This document shows positions 36,297-46,064 of a stretch of DNA of 64,000 nt, piece after piece. The first letter of the stretch is position 1. Each line of letters begins with the position of its first letter. The stretch is from Armatimonadota bacterium. GTDB taxonomy: Bacteria > Armatimonadota > SYMT01. The position numbers and the translations under genes were made by a program. A model generated the notes under the pieces. It was not told where the DNA came from. It worked only from the letters and a program-made list of their open reading frames with translations, and ran no database searches. Location of the stretch: assembly GCA_041690135.1 (NCBI GenBank), contig JAWLHY010000008.1, forward strand, positions 224,001-288,000. Reading direction: 5' to 3'.

Positions 36297-38735
36297 GTGG
36301 ACCCAGTGTTGCGCCGATATCTGTTCTATTTTTTACTTTCCCTTCCGTCGACCCCGGCAGCGCAGGCCCAGGGATTGATCTTTCCGCGGCCCCCGCACCC
36401 AACGCCCCCACGACCGGGCACGCCCCCCATGCCGGTTCAGCCGCTAGCCATCAAGGCGCAAAAGGTCCGCATGCATGTGCAGAGCGGCGCCCTCCGGGTA
36501 GAAGTGGAGCAGGTGTTCTACAACCCGCATTCGACGCAGACGGAGGGCACTTATCTCTTTCCGTTACCCATGGGAGCTGTCGTCTCCAGCTTCCGAATGA
36601 CCGTCGGCAGCGAGCCGGTAGAGGGGAAGTTGCTCGGCGTTGCTGAGGCACGCCGGATCTATGAATCGTACGTGCGGAGGAATGTGGATCCGGCGCTCCT
36701 CGAGTACGTAGGCCGGAATGCATTCCAGGCGCGGGTTTTCCCCATCCCTCCCCGAAGCGAGAGACGGATCTTTCTCACCTACAGCCAGTCCCTGGAGTTC
36801 GCAAACGGCATCTACAAGGCGGTCTACCCGCTTACCTCCGAACGCGTGACCGGAACCTCCGGCAGCGACCTGAGCATCGACTGCACCCTTCGAAGTGCCC
36901 AGCCGATCAAAGCCATCTACAGTCCTACGCACGAGATCCATGTGAAGCGAGAAACCGATCGCCTGGCACGGGTCACCTTCGAGGGGAATGACGTCCGGGC
37001 CGACCGTGATTTCGTGTTCTACTACACTACTTCGGAGAAGGCCTTCGGCTTGAATGCCCTCGCCCACCGCCGCCCCGGCGAGGACGGATACCTGATGCTG
37101 ATGCTGGCCCCCAAGCGGGAGGTCGCCGCCGCGGAGATACTCCCGAAGGATGTCGTGGTGGTGTTCGACACCTCCGGGAGCATGTCCGGTCCCAAGATGG
37201 ACCAGGCCCGGAAGGCCCTCACCACGCTCCTGGGCGCACTCAATCCTCAAGACCGCTTCAATATCATCCGGTTCAGCAGCGATGTAACCAATTTCCGCTC
37301 GCACGTGGTTCCCGCTTCTCGCGAGAACCGGGAGGCCGCACGCGCCTTTGTGGAGGAATTCCGGGCCATCGGAGGCACCGCTATCGACGACGCTCTCCAG
37401 GCGGGCCTGGCTTCCGTACCCCCGCCGTCGGAGCGCAAGGGGCGCACGCCTTTCTTGATCTTCATGACGGACGGACTTCCCACGATCGGGACCACGGATA
37501 TCGACCGGATCCTGCAGAGTGCGGACAAGGCGGCGCCGGAGGACCTGCGACTGTTCACCTTCGGGGTGGGGTCCGATGTCAACACGTTGCTGCTGGATCG
37601 CCTGGCGCGAGATAACCGGGGGGCGGCCGATTACGTCGCGCAAGATGAGGATCTGGAGACCCGAATCGGGGCCTTTTACGAGAAGATCGCCGACCCGGTG
37701 CTCTCCAACATCCGGGTGGAAATCGAGGGGGCGACGCTTCGCGATCCTTACCCCTCTCACCTGCCCGATCTCTTCGCGGGCGGGCAACTGCTGTTGCTCG
37801 GCCGGTACCAGGAAGAAGGGAAAGCGAAGGTCTCTCTCACCGGTGAGTTGAACGGCAAGCCGCAGAAGTTCACCTATGAAATCCATTTGGCCCAACGGGA
37901 ACTGGGGAACGATTTCATCCCGCGCCTCTGGGCCGGGCGGCGGATCGGCTTCCTGCTGGAAGAGATCCGCTTGAAAGGGGAGAACCAGGAACTGAAAGAG
38001 GAAGTGATCCGCCTCAGTCGGGAGTGGGGGATCGTGACACCCTACACTTCCTATCTCGTGGAAGAGCCGAATCTTTCCCCCTTAACGGCGCGGCAGTTCG
38101 ACTTCTCGGGTCGTTTCGGCGCGGGAGCAGACAGTGCGGGTAGGGCGCTCGACACCCGCGGAGGCCAGAGCGGACAGCGGCACGACAAACCGCACGCCCC
38201 TGTCGCTCGACCTACCCCGGCGCCGCAGGCTGGAGCGGCTGCTCCAAAGGAAGCCAAGAAGCTTCCCTCTCTCCCAGGCAAAGCAGGCGAGCGTCTCTAT
38301 GATCCCACACCGCAGGGCCCCAGGGATGAAAAGCAGGAACTCTTCCGCCAGCAGGTGCGCCAGCAGCGGGAGGGTTTCGACCGGTCCACGGGCTGGAATG
38401 CCGTGGAAGCCAGCCGCCGGGTGCGGCAGCTCAAAGACAGCCTGCAGGCGGTGAAGGAAGTGGAAACCTATCGTTCTGTGCAAGGTCGCCGGTTCCGTTT
38501 CCAGGGGGGCCGTTGGGTAGACGAGACCCTTCCCGCTGGCAAAGGGAGAGTCGTCGAGGTTAAGTTCGGCTCCGACGCGTACTTCCAGTTGATCGCAGCT
38601 AATCCGGATTGGGCGAGGTTCCTTTCGGTCGGGCGCGACGTTACCTTCCGATCCGGGAAGAACACGCAAGTGGTCGTAGGGGCGAAAGGGCTAGAGAAGC
38701 TTTCGGAGGCCGCGGTGAAAGCCCTGGAGCGGTAG
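36297..38735 (+). CDS. Secreted VIT + von Willebrand factor A domain protein
   Basis: VIT (VEQVFYNP..EGTYLFPLP), MIDAS DTSGS...GGT...MTDG, RLWA...GIVTPYTSYLV. Confidence 0.9.
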   Translation: MDPVLRRYLFYFLLSLPSTPAAQAQGLIFPRPPHPTPPRPGTPPMPVQPLAIKAQKVRMHVQSGALRVEVEQVFYNPHSTQTEGTYLFPLPMGAVVSSFRMTVGSEPVEGKLLGVAEARRIYESYVRRNVDPALLEYVGRNAFQARVFPIPPRSERRIFLTYSQSLEFANGIYKAVYPLTSERVTGTSGSDLSIDCTLRSAQPIKAIYSPTHEIHVKRETDRLARVTFEGNDVRADRDFVFYYTTSEKAFGLNALAHRRPGEDGYLMLMLAPKREVAAAEILPKDVVVVFDTSGSMSGPKMDQARKALTTLLGALNPQDRFNIIRFSSDVTNFRSHVVPASRENREAARAFVEEFRAIGGTAIDDALQAGLASVPPPSERKGRTPFLIFMTDGLPTIGTTDIDRILQSADKAAPEDLRLFTFGVGSDVNTLLLDRLARDNRGAADYVAQDEDLETRIGAFYEKIADPVLSNIRVEIEGATLRDPYPSHLPDLFAGGQLLLLGRYQEEGKAKVSLTGELNGKPQKFTYEIHLAQRELGNDFIPRLWAGRRIGFLLEEIRLKGENQELKEEVIRLSREWGIVTPYTSYLVEEPNLSPLTARQFDFSGRFGAGADSAGRALDTRGGQSGQRHDKPHAPVARPTPAPQAGAAAPKEAKKLPSLPGKAGERLYDPTPQGPRDEKQELFRQQVRQQREGFDRSTGWNAVEASRRVRQLKDSLQAVKEVETYRSVQGRRFRFQGGRWVDETLPAGKGRVVEVKFGSDAYFQLIAANPDWARFLSVGRDVTFRSGKNTQVVVGAKGLEKLSEAAVKALER

Positions 38736-38775
38736 CATGAGCCCAACTACAATCACCGGCGGCGGCACGTACGCG

Positions 38776-38826
38776 TGAAAGCCGGCCCACGAGAAACCGA
38801 GTTGGTTTCTCGTGGGCCGGCTTTTC
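38776..38826. terminator. Bidirectional terminator
   Basis: AAAGCCGGCCCACGAGAAACC-gagtt-GGTTTCTCGTGGGCCGGCTTT. Confidence 0.85.
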
Positions 38827-38882
38827 AGGTCAGGTTGTGTCAATGGTAAGCTCGTTCGGGTAGGAGCTTACCGACGCGCCCT

Positions 38883-40550
38883 TTAGAGTTCCCGCCAGCT
38901 ATCGATGCGGACCGACTTGATCCAGATCCGCTCCGAGCCCGGCATTCCAGGAGGAAGGTTGTCCGGGAGGGTGGGGACCTGATACATGTGCGGGACGTTC
39001 TGCATCTCGAAGTAACTGGTGACGAAAGTCCCCGCCAACTCGTTTTGCTTCACGCTCTCGATCCGCTCCTGCGCGTAAAAGGCACCGGTCAGCTTGAGCT
39101 GCGAGTCGCCGCTTCGTGTCGCCAGTTCTATCTTTCGCCTTGCAATAACGCCGAGCGCGTGATTGATGGGGAAGGTCGCAGTGCCAGGCAGCAGATGGGT
39201 ACTCACCTGGATCTTGCCGGTGCTGACGAATGTCCCTCGTCCTCTATACCGCAGGTCCTGGTTACCACCGTTCCGGTTGAACTCGATATCCCCATCCACA
39301 TAAATGATCCCCTGGATGTTGATGTTGCCGCTGGTGTCCACGGAGAGTGAGTTACCGCGACCATCGCTGACCGGACCGTACGCGGTACCCACCTGAATCT
39401 TAAGTGGACCGGTAACGACCATTCCTGCGGCGCGCAAGTAGTCCATGTAAGTCGCATATGCGACTCCGCTTTTAGTGGTGGGCGCCGTCAGCGTCGGGAA
39501 CTTCAGGATATCGCCCAGATCATACTTGGAACGATAGCCGTTATCCGAGAAGACGTTGCTGGTACCGGAGTTGCCACCGAAGCCGTCCGAGACATGGGTG
39601 GCGTCCACACTCTCTTTGACCGGTGGCGAACCACCGGCGACATTCGAGTCCCCGACAGTGGCGGATCCGTTGATGTTGACCCGACCGTGTTTCACTCGAA
39701 GCTTGGCACTGAGGGTATCTACAACCTCTCCCTTGTAGCTGGTCGTCGGAATCGCAGGCAGAAGGCTTCGCACGTCGCTTGGCATGCCGGCATAGTTATT
39801 GCCGATGTTGGCGTCTCCCCCCAACTCACTCGCCAGGTCCGTGACGGTCAGAGGTGGGTCACGATAGCCGTTGCCATTGACATCATCGTAGGGTTCGCGA
39901 ACGTCAAAACGGCCGTCGCCATCGAGATCCACAAAAGGCTCTCCGATGTTCCAGGCGCCATTGTGGTTCAAGTCGGTGTATGTCTCACCCGCGTCCCAGC
40001 GCTTGTCGTTGTCGAGGTCGGTGAAGGGTTCGCCGTCTCCCAAGAGGTGGGTGCTGCCCCGGATGCGGATATTGCCGTTGATACTGCGGCCCGCCTGACC
40101 CACGCCCCCGAAGATGGCATTGTTCCAGATGGAGATGTCTTCCCGGGTGATCTTCGCCACCACCCGGACCGAGCGGGTCTGCTTGTACATTCCATCGCTG
40201 GCCCGTCCCGTGCTGGTAATCACGATCCGTCCGGCATTGGACCCCTGCCCGTTCTGGACACGGATCGTGAAGTAGTCGCTGCCGTCCAGATACTCGGTCC
40301 AACCCGTCGTGCGCCAGGAACCGTCCGTGGTTCCGTTGGGGGCCGTGGTCCGCAAATAGTGCAGCGCCTTTTCGCCCCCGCCTTCCGCGATGGCCAGCGC
40401 GCGCGTGCGTAGCGAGTCAAACTGGCCGCGACGCATCGACTGGAGGCCCAGGGAGAGAATGCCAGAACCAATGACAAAGACGGCGAAAAGCACGGTCATC
40501 GAGGTGACCAGCGCACTTCCGCGCTTTGCGGGGAGTGTCTTCCGCTCCAT
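38883..40550 (-). CDS. PilX/GspK-like large minor pilin with DxDxDG repeats (cassette A)
   Basis: KRG|SALVT prepilin site without Glu5, ALAIAEGG PilX_N motif; GGAG RBS before ATG 40550. Confidence 0.8.
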   Translation of the reverse strand: MERKTLPAKRGSALVTSMTVLFAVFVIGSGILSLGLQSMRRGQFDSLRTRALAIAEGGGEKALHYLRTTAPNGTTDGSWRTTGWTEYLDGSDYFTIRVQNGQGSNAGRIVITSTGRASDGMYKQTRSVRVVAKITREDISIWNNAIFGGVGQAGRSINGNIRIRGSTHLLGDGEPFTDLDNDKRWDAGETYTDLNHNGAWNIGEPFVDLDGDGRFDVREPYDDVNGNGYRDPPLTVTDLASELGGDANIGNNYAGMPSDVRSLLPAIPTTSYKGEVVDTLSAKLRVKHGRVNINGSATVGDSNVAGGSPPVKESVDATHVSDGFGGNSGTSNVFSDNGYRSKYDLGDILKFPTLTAPTTKSGVAYATYMDYLRAAGMVVTGPLKIQVGTAYGPVSDGRGNSLSVDTSGNINIQGIIYVDGDIEFNRNGGNQDLRYRGRGTFVSTGKIQVSTHLLPGTATFPINHALGVIARRKIELATRSGDSQLKLTGAFYAQERIESVKQNELAGTFVTSYFEMQNVPHMYQVPTLPDNLPPGMPGSERIWIKSVRIDSWREL

Positions 40551-40576
40551 TCCAAACTCCATTCGCCAGGCGCTCA

Positions 40577-41095
40577 TTAGAGTGGCTCATTTCGCAAGAT
40601 CACCTGTGAAGCCAGGGTGGTGGTAGAAATCCGGGTGCCGATCTGCTGCCGACTGGTGATTTTGATGCCCAGTTCGATCCCGTTTTTGGTGAACTCCAGC
40701 AGCGTAATCCCGCGGGCTACCGCTCGGGCATTCTCCGCATTTCGCTTGCGGTAGAGCTTTCCGGAGCTCAGATAGTAGTAAATGGTGTCGCCGTCCCGCG
40801 TGCGATCGTAATCGCCCTGTTCATTGACGTAGGGCATCACGACCGAGAGCGAGCTGGAACTGCTCAAGGACATCCGGAGGCCGGCGCGGATCTCACGGGC
40901 CATGCTCTGAACGGCGACGCTGGCGGAGTCGTCGGCCATCATTTTGGAGCTATCCATGCTGTAGCCCTTGGAAGCGCCAATGCTCATGGCAATCAGGCCC
41001 GTTAGGAGGAGCAGGAACAGACCCGACGTGGTGATGATTTCCGGAAGCGTCGCGCCGCGCCGCCGGCGTGGTCGAACCAGGGTAATACCCCTCAT
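40577..41095 (-). CDS. PilW/GspJ-like minor pilin (cassette A)
   Basis: RRG|ATLPE, hydrophobic helix, MAREIRAG, C-terminal V.LRN. Confidence 0.8.
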   Translation of the reverse strand: MRGITLVRPRRRRGATLPEIITTSGLFLLLLTGLIAMSIGASKGYSMDSSKMMADDSASVAVQSMAREIRAGLRMSLSSSSSLSVVMPYVNEQGDYDRTRDGDTIYYYLSSGKLYRKRNAENARAVARGITLLEFTKNGIELGIKITSRQQIGTRISTTTLASQVILRNEPL

Positions 41096-41097
41096 GA

Positions 41098-41565
41098 CTA
41101 CGGCTCCCTCCAGACGGACTTATCCGTTAGCAGCGTGGTCGCTTTTTGCCAGTAACGCTTCCCGGTGTAGGAAACCCAACTGAGGTAAACATCCGCTCGA
41201 ACGAGATCGGTGTTCAACCCCGTGAAGATCAGATAGCCGGAAGGTTGGGGGAAATCCTCGGCCAGCTTGTCCACGGTGGTGAAGTAGTAGAAACCGGTCC
41301 CACCGGACACGTAGGCGAAGTTCTGGTCGACGATGCCGAGCGACCGGAGATTGCTGGTCGTGATATCGTCCACCTCGAGCTTTCGCACCTGTTCCAGCTT
41401 GCGCTGCATTACCGCAGAGGCCCGCGAGAAGGAACCGGAACGGTCGCGCATGGTGGCGCTGAGGGGGAAGAGCGCCCCCGCCGCAATGACGGTGAGCGCC
41501 AGAACGAACACCGCCGCCATGATCTCAATCAGGGTCGTTCCTCTGCGAGCCTTGCCCTGTTTCAT
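41098..41565 (-). CDS. PilV/GspI-like minor pilin (cassette A)
   Basis: RRG|TTLIEIM, KLEQVR, V.LSW; GGGAGG RBS before ATG 41565. Confidence 0.8.
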   Translation of the reverse strand: MKQGKARRGTTLIEIMAAVFVLALTVIAAGALFPLSATMRDRSGSFSRASAVMQRKLEQVRKLEVDDITTSNLRSLGIVDQNFAYVSGGTGFYYFTTVDKLAEDFPQPSGYLIFTGLNTDLVRADVYLSWVSYTGKRYWQKATTLLTDKSVWREP

Positions 41566-41824
41566 CCGTCCCTCCCAGGCCAACCCACGGGTCGCGCCAT
41601 CTGTCCATCCTTCCACCCATTCTCAATTCGGACGAAGCACCGGCCCGGCAAATCACCCAATCGAGTGACCTTCCGGGCCGGCATTCCAACTAGAGTAGGG
41701 AAATGGAACAACCCTTACCCAAATAGCAGCCAGTTTGCTCGGTCAACAGGTTGCCGACACTCCTGGTGATAGCACTGAGGGGACATTTAGATTCCACCTT
41801 CCGACCCGATGAACTGCTGGGGTC

Positions 41825-43492
41825 TCACATCTCCCGCCAGCTCTGGATCTCTACCGTATTGATCCAGATGCGCTCCGACCCCGGCATTCCCGGCGGGAGA
41901 TTGTCCGGCAGGGTCGGCACCTGATACATGTGCGGCACGTTCTGCATGGAGAAGTGGCTGGTTACGAATGTGCCCGCGAGCTCGTTTTGCTTCTGGCTCA
42001 TGATCTGCTCCTGCGCGTAGAATGCGCCCGTGAGCAGCAACTGCGAATCGCCGCCCTGCGTAGCCAATTCGATCCGGCGACGGGCTATCACACCCAGCGC
42101 TTGAGTAATGGGAAAGGTGCCGGTGGCGGGCATGAGATCGGTGCTGACGTAGGTGGTGCCGGTGGAGACCAGCGTTCCACGACCGGTATACCGCATGGAC
42201 TTACTCCCGCCGTTGCGGGCGACCTTGATGTCGCCGTTGACGTAGATGATCCCGCGGATCGTGATGTTTCCGAGGGCGTCCACGGAAAGGGAATTGCCGC
42301 GCCCATCGCTGATGGGGCCATAGGCGGTGCCCGGCGTAATGGTGAGGGGTCCGGTGATTTCCAGGCCCGTTTGGCGGAGGTATTCCATGTAACTGGGATA
42401 GTTGATGCCGTTCTTTACCGTGGGCGCAGTCAGGCGGGGAAACTCCACCAGGTCCCCCAGGGTGTACCGGGTCTTATGTCCGTTGTCGGAGTGAACCCCC
42501 GAAGCTCCGGTATTGCCCCCGAAACCGTCGCTTACATACACGCCGTCCATGGTCTCCTTCACGGGCGGATAGCCACCGGTCATATGAGGCTGACCCACGG
42601 CGGCCGTACCGTTGATGTCCACCCGGCCGTGTTTCACCCGGAGTTTGGCGCCGAGCGACTCCACCAACTCTCCCTTAAAGCGGGGAGTGGGAATAGGTGG
42701 CAGTGTATTGCGAAGCAAGGAGGGCATGCCGGAGTAGTTGTTACCGATGGCGGCGGTGCCGCCGTATTCGCTGCCCATGTCGGTCACCGTCAATTCGGGG
42801 TCTCGCAGGCCGTTGCCGTTGACATCGTCCCAGGGTTCGCGGGCGTCCCGGTGTCCATCGCCATCGGTATCCGAGTAGGGCTCGCCCAAATCGTATGACC
42901 CATTGCCATTTTGATCCGTGTAGCCTTCACCAGCGTCCCACCTGCCGTCCACGTCCACATCCGTATAGTCTTCACCGTCTCCCAGCAAATGGACGTTGCC
43001 GCGCACCTGGACATTACCGTTGATGCTGCGGCCGGCCTGCCCCACGCCGCCAAAGATCGAGTTGTTCCACACGGAAACGTCCTCGTGGGTGATCTTGGCC
43101 ACCACGCGGACCGTGCGCGTGCGCGTATAGCCGCCATCAACGGCGCGTCCCGTACTGACGATCACGACCCGACCGTCGTTGTCCATGGTTCCATCCTGGA
43201 CGTTGAGCGTGAACTCCCCCTGGCCATTTACGGTCTCCGTCCAGTTCTGGACGCGCCAGCTTCCGTCGGTGGTACCGTTGGGGGCACGGGTGCGGAGATA
43301 CTTGAGGGCTACCTCCGCACCGCCTTCCGCGAGGGAGAGGGCCCGGGAACGCAGGGCGTCGTGCTCACCTCGCAGTGAGGCCTGCATACCGAGCGAGAGC
43401 AGCCCGGCGCCAATAAAGATGACGACGAAGAGGACCATCATCGCGGTGAGCAGGGCGCTACCGCGATGATGCACAGTGGTGCGGTGGATCAT
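41825..43492 (-). CDS. PilX/GspK-like large minor pilin with DxDxDG repeats (cassette B)
   Basis: HRG|SALLT, ALSLAEGG; long blocks identical to 38883-40550. Confidence 0.8.
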   Translation of the reverse strand: MIHRTTVHHRGSALLTAMMVLFVVIFIGAGLLSLGMQASLRGEHDALRSRALSLAEGGAEVALKYLRTRAPNGTTDGSWRVQNWTETVNGQGEFTLNVQDGTMDNDGRVVIVSTGRAVDGGYTRTRTVRVVAKITHEDVSVWNNSIFGGVGQAGRSINGNVQVRGNVHLLGDGEDYTDVDVDGRWDAGEGYTDQNGNGSYDLGEPYSDTDGDGHRDAREPWDDVNGNGLRDPELTVTDMGSEYGGTAAIGNNYSGMPSLLRNTLPPIPTPRFKGELVESLGAKLRVKHGRVDINGTAAVGQPHMTGGYPPVKETMDGVYVSDGFGGNTGASGVHSDNGHKTRYTLGDLVEFPRLTAPTVKNGINYPSYMEYLRQTGLEITGPLTITPGTAYGPISDGRGNSLSVDALGNITIRGIIYVNGDIKVARNGGSKSMRYTGRGTLVSTGTTYVSTDLMPATGTFPITQALGVIARRRIELATQGGDSQLLLTGAFYAQEQIMSQKQNELAGTFVTSHFSMQNVPHMYQVPTLPDNLPPGMPGSERIWINTVEIQSWREM

Positions 43493-43539
43493 GGTTCGGG
43501 TCTCCGGTCCAGGGTGGGGCGGAGGAGCGTGGGCAAGTC

Positions 43540-44043
43540 TCAGAGGAGTTGATTTCGCAGGGTGATTTCGGTGGCCAGCGATGTGGTGCCCTGGCGATTG
43601 CCGATCTGTTGGGCACAGGTGAGATGGATCCCGAGTTGGGACCCGTCTAGCGTGAACCGACCGACGGTGATGTTTTTCCCGACAACGGTGGCATTGGCCG
43701 TACCCACTTTCCGGTAGAGCCGTCCTGCATTCAGGTAGTACCGGATCTGGGCGCCGTCGTTGTACCGGTCGTAGTCTCCCTGGCTGTTGACCGCCGGCAT
43801 CACCACGGTGAGCCCCTGGGCATCCGCGTCGACCGTTACGCGCAAACCGGTGCGGACTTCCTGCGACAGCCGCTGCAGGGCCATGCTGGCGCTATCGTCG
43901 GCCATCATCTTTGAACCATTGAGGGAGTAACTGGTGGTGGCGGTTAGACCCATGGAGAGGAGACCGCCGAGCACCACCAGGAAGAGCGAAGCCACGATGA
44001 GGACTTCGATAAGGGTAGCTCCGCGCGCAGTTCGTGTTATCAT
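43540..44043 (-). CDS. PilW/GspJ-like minor pilin (cassette B)
   Basis: RG|ATLIEV; SKMMADDSAS shared with cassette A; C-terminal I.LRN. Confidence 0.8.
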   Translation of the reverse strand: MITRTARGATLIEVLIVASLFLVVLGGLLSMGLTATTSYSLNGSKMMADDSASMALQRLSQEVRTGLRVTVDADAQGLTVVMPAVNSQGDYDRYNDGAQIRYYLNAGRLYRKVGTANATVVGKNITVGRFTLDGSQLGIHLTCAQQIGNRQGTTSLATEITLRNQLL

Positions 44044-44511
44044 TCAGGGAACCCTCCAGGGCGTCTTGTCCGCCACGAATGTAGTGACCCGGTGAACGTG
44101 GGCCTTTCCCGTAAAGGCCTTCCAGCGCACCTCGACATCGACGCGCACCAGGTCCGAGCCCATTCCGGTAACAACCATCAATCCCTGTCCCTGGGCAAAC
44201 TTCTGCGCCAGGCGGTCGGTCGCGGTAAAGGGAAAGACAGCGGAAGAAGCAGTACCGGCGGGGTCGGCCGTATCGATGATCTGTCGGGAGAGCAGGGAGG
44301 AAGCGTTGATCTGGCCTGCATCCAGGCGTCGAATCTGCTCCACCTTGTGCTGTGCCGCCGCCGCCGCCTGGGAGTAGCCGCCGGAGCGGTCGCGGAGAAG
44401 GGAGCTCAGCGGGAAAAGCGCTCCGGCCGCCACTACGGTCATGGTCAGGACAAACACCGCGGCCATGATCTCGATCAGCGTCGTGCCTCTGCGGGTGCGG
44501 GTGCGAGCCAT
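44044..44511 (-). CDS. PilV/GspI-like minor pilin (cassette B)
   Basis: RRG|TTLIEIMAAVFVL; AGGAG RBS before ATG 44511. Confidence 0.8.
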   Translation of the reverse strand: MARTRTRRGTTLIEIMAAVFVLTMTVVAAGALFPLSSLLRDRSGGYSQAAAAAQHKVEQIRRLDAGQINASSLLSRQIIDTADPAGTASSAVFPFTATDRLAQKFAQGQGLMVVTGMGSDLVRVDVEVRWKAFTGKAHVHRVTTFVADKTPWRVP

Positions 44512-44749
44512 AGACAACTCCTTTGACGGCGGCCCATTCGCCTGCTACGTTATCTATGTGGCACCCCTGCAACCCGGCCGCATCGGTAGATAGAGGGACG
44601 GCCAGGGGGTATCGGCAATCCTTCCGTGGTTGGAGTGAGGGGTGAGAAGCGAATCGCCACACTCAACCTTGCGGATGATTGAGGAGGACCTGGGGCGACG
44701 GCCGAAGTAAGTAAGTACCGCTCGTAAGGGTGAAAATAGACCTCGTCTG

Positions 44750-45976
44750 ATGCGTATCAAGCTTTTTACCGTACACGGCTACACAAACTTTTCCGATCCG
44801 CTTACGTTTGGTCCGCTCGACGACGTCAATGCGATCTACGGACCGAATAACTGCGGCAAGTCGAACCTGCTGCGGGCGCTCGATCTCTACTTCCTGCTTC
44901 TCGGAGCGGGAGAGGGGGTGACGCGCTCGCAAACGCAGATTCTCGACAGCCCCGACGAGCAGCTCCAGCAGGCGATCCAGTCGGGGTTGACCCGCGGCGC
45001 ACCGCAACCGATCACCTTCGACGTGGAGTGGACGGTGCGGCGCCAGGACCTGGAGAAATACGGGCTCTTCGCCGAGGCCCCGTGCGCGCACGTGCGTACG
45101 GTACTGGAGTTGAAGGCACTCAACCGGACGTATGAGATCCGTGTTAAGAGCTGGATGCACGAAGACAAGGACATCTCCGCTCTCGATCGTGGCCGAGACG
45201 CCGCCACAGTCATCTTCGCGCAGCAAGTCCGGCGCCTGCTCGCCGATGCCCGTCCATTCAAATTCGACCGCCCCGTCCACCCGCTGGTGTTTCTGGGGAA
45301 AGGCGCGGAAGCCTTCCCCCAGGCGTTGCGAGATGCCCTGTTTGATGCCCGGCAGTCGATCGACCCGGAACAACGTCGTCGCTGGGCCCTGTTTGCGGAG
45401 CTGGCCACTAGCGTGCAGAGCGAATTGGGCGACGGTACCTGGCAGACCCTGTTCGATCGTCCTTCAGGACGGGCCGACGTGGTCTACATCCAGGGGGAAG
45501 AAGCGATCAGCCTCGATATGATGGGCTCGGGGCTGCTACGTCTCACGGGCTTGCTGGGAGAACTCGCCCTGGCCCAGGAACCCTGGATCTGCGTGGAAGA
45601 ACCGGAGTGGCGGCTGTCCCCGGAACTCCAGAAGCGGTTCGTCACTCTTATTCGCCGCGTGCTGTTCGCGGGTCTGGGCCCGACCCAGATTTTCATGACC
45701 ACACATAGCCCCGCCCTCGCGGCCCGTGCCACCAGTTTCTCGATGGAGCCTGCGGGACTGGGTCCCACGATCGAGCGCAAGGTGTGGGAGGCTGTGGGCG
45801 AGAGTGGCGAGGCGCTGACGGAGCCGGACCCCGAGGCCACGCTGAGCAGCCTCATCGGCCTGGTCGACGAACTGGCGGAAATGGACGAGGACCAGATCAT
45901 GGCCCAGGTAGAGTCTCTCGGCCCAGACGGCGCAAGCGCGGGCGAACGCCTTCAGCCGGCGATGTCGCTGCGTTGA
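44750..45976 (+). CDS. ABC-type AAA_15/AAA_21 (OLD/RecF-like) ATPase
   Basis: GPNNCGKSN Walker A, MGSG signature, VEEPE Walker B, MTTHSP H-loop. Confidence 0.85.
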   Translation: MRIKLFTVHGYTNFSDPLTFGPLDDVNAIYGPNNCGKSNLLRALDLYFLLLGAGEGVTRSQTQILDSPDEQLQQAIQSGLTRGAPQPITFDVEWTVRRQDLEKYGLFAEAPCAHVRTVLELKALNRTYEIRVKSWMHEDKDISALDRGRDAATVIFAQQVRRLLADARPFKFDRPVHPLVFLGKGAEAFPQALRDALFDARQSIDPEQRRRWALFAELATSVQSELGDGTWQTLFDRPSGRADVVYIQGEEAISLDMMGSGLLRLTGLLGELALAQEPWICVEEPEWRLSPELQKRFVTLIRRVLFAGLGPTQIFMTTHSPALAARATSFSMEPAGLGPTIERKVWEAVGESGEALTEPDPEATLSSLIGLVDELAEMDEDQIMAQVESLGPDGASAGERLQPAMSLR

Positions 45977-45988
45977 TTGACTGCGGTA

Positions 45989-46047
45989 ACACCACACAAC
46001 AAAGAGGGCGCTTCCCAGCGGGAGGCGCCCTCTTTGTTGTGTGGTGT
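45989..46047. terminator. Long inverted repeat, probable bidirectional terminator
   Basis: 28-bp arms with one G-T pair and a 3-nt loop, between convergent genes. Confidence 0.75.
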
Positions 46048-46064
46048 CGAAATAAGGGGATGGG

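Noticed and set aside
44520-44640. c-di-GMP-I riboswitch before pilin cassette B (GGCCGGGTTGC)
   Set aside because: The GGCAAA, GAAA tetraloop and GCAAAG elements are missing.
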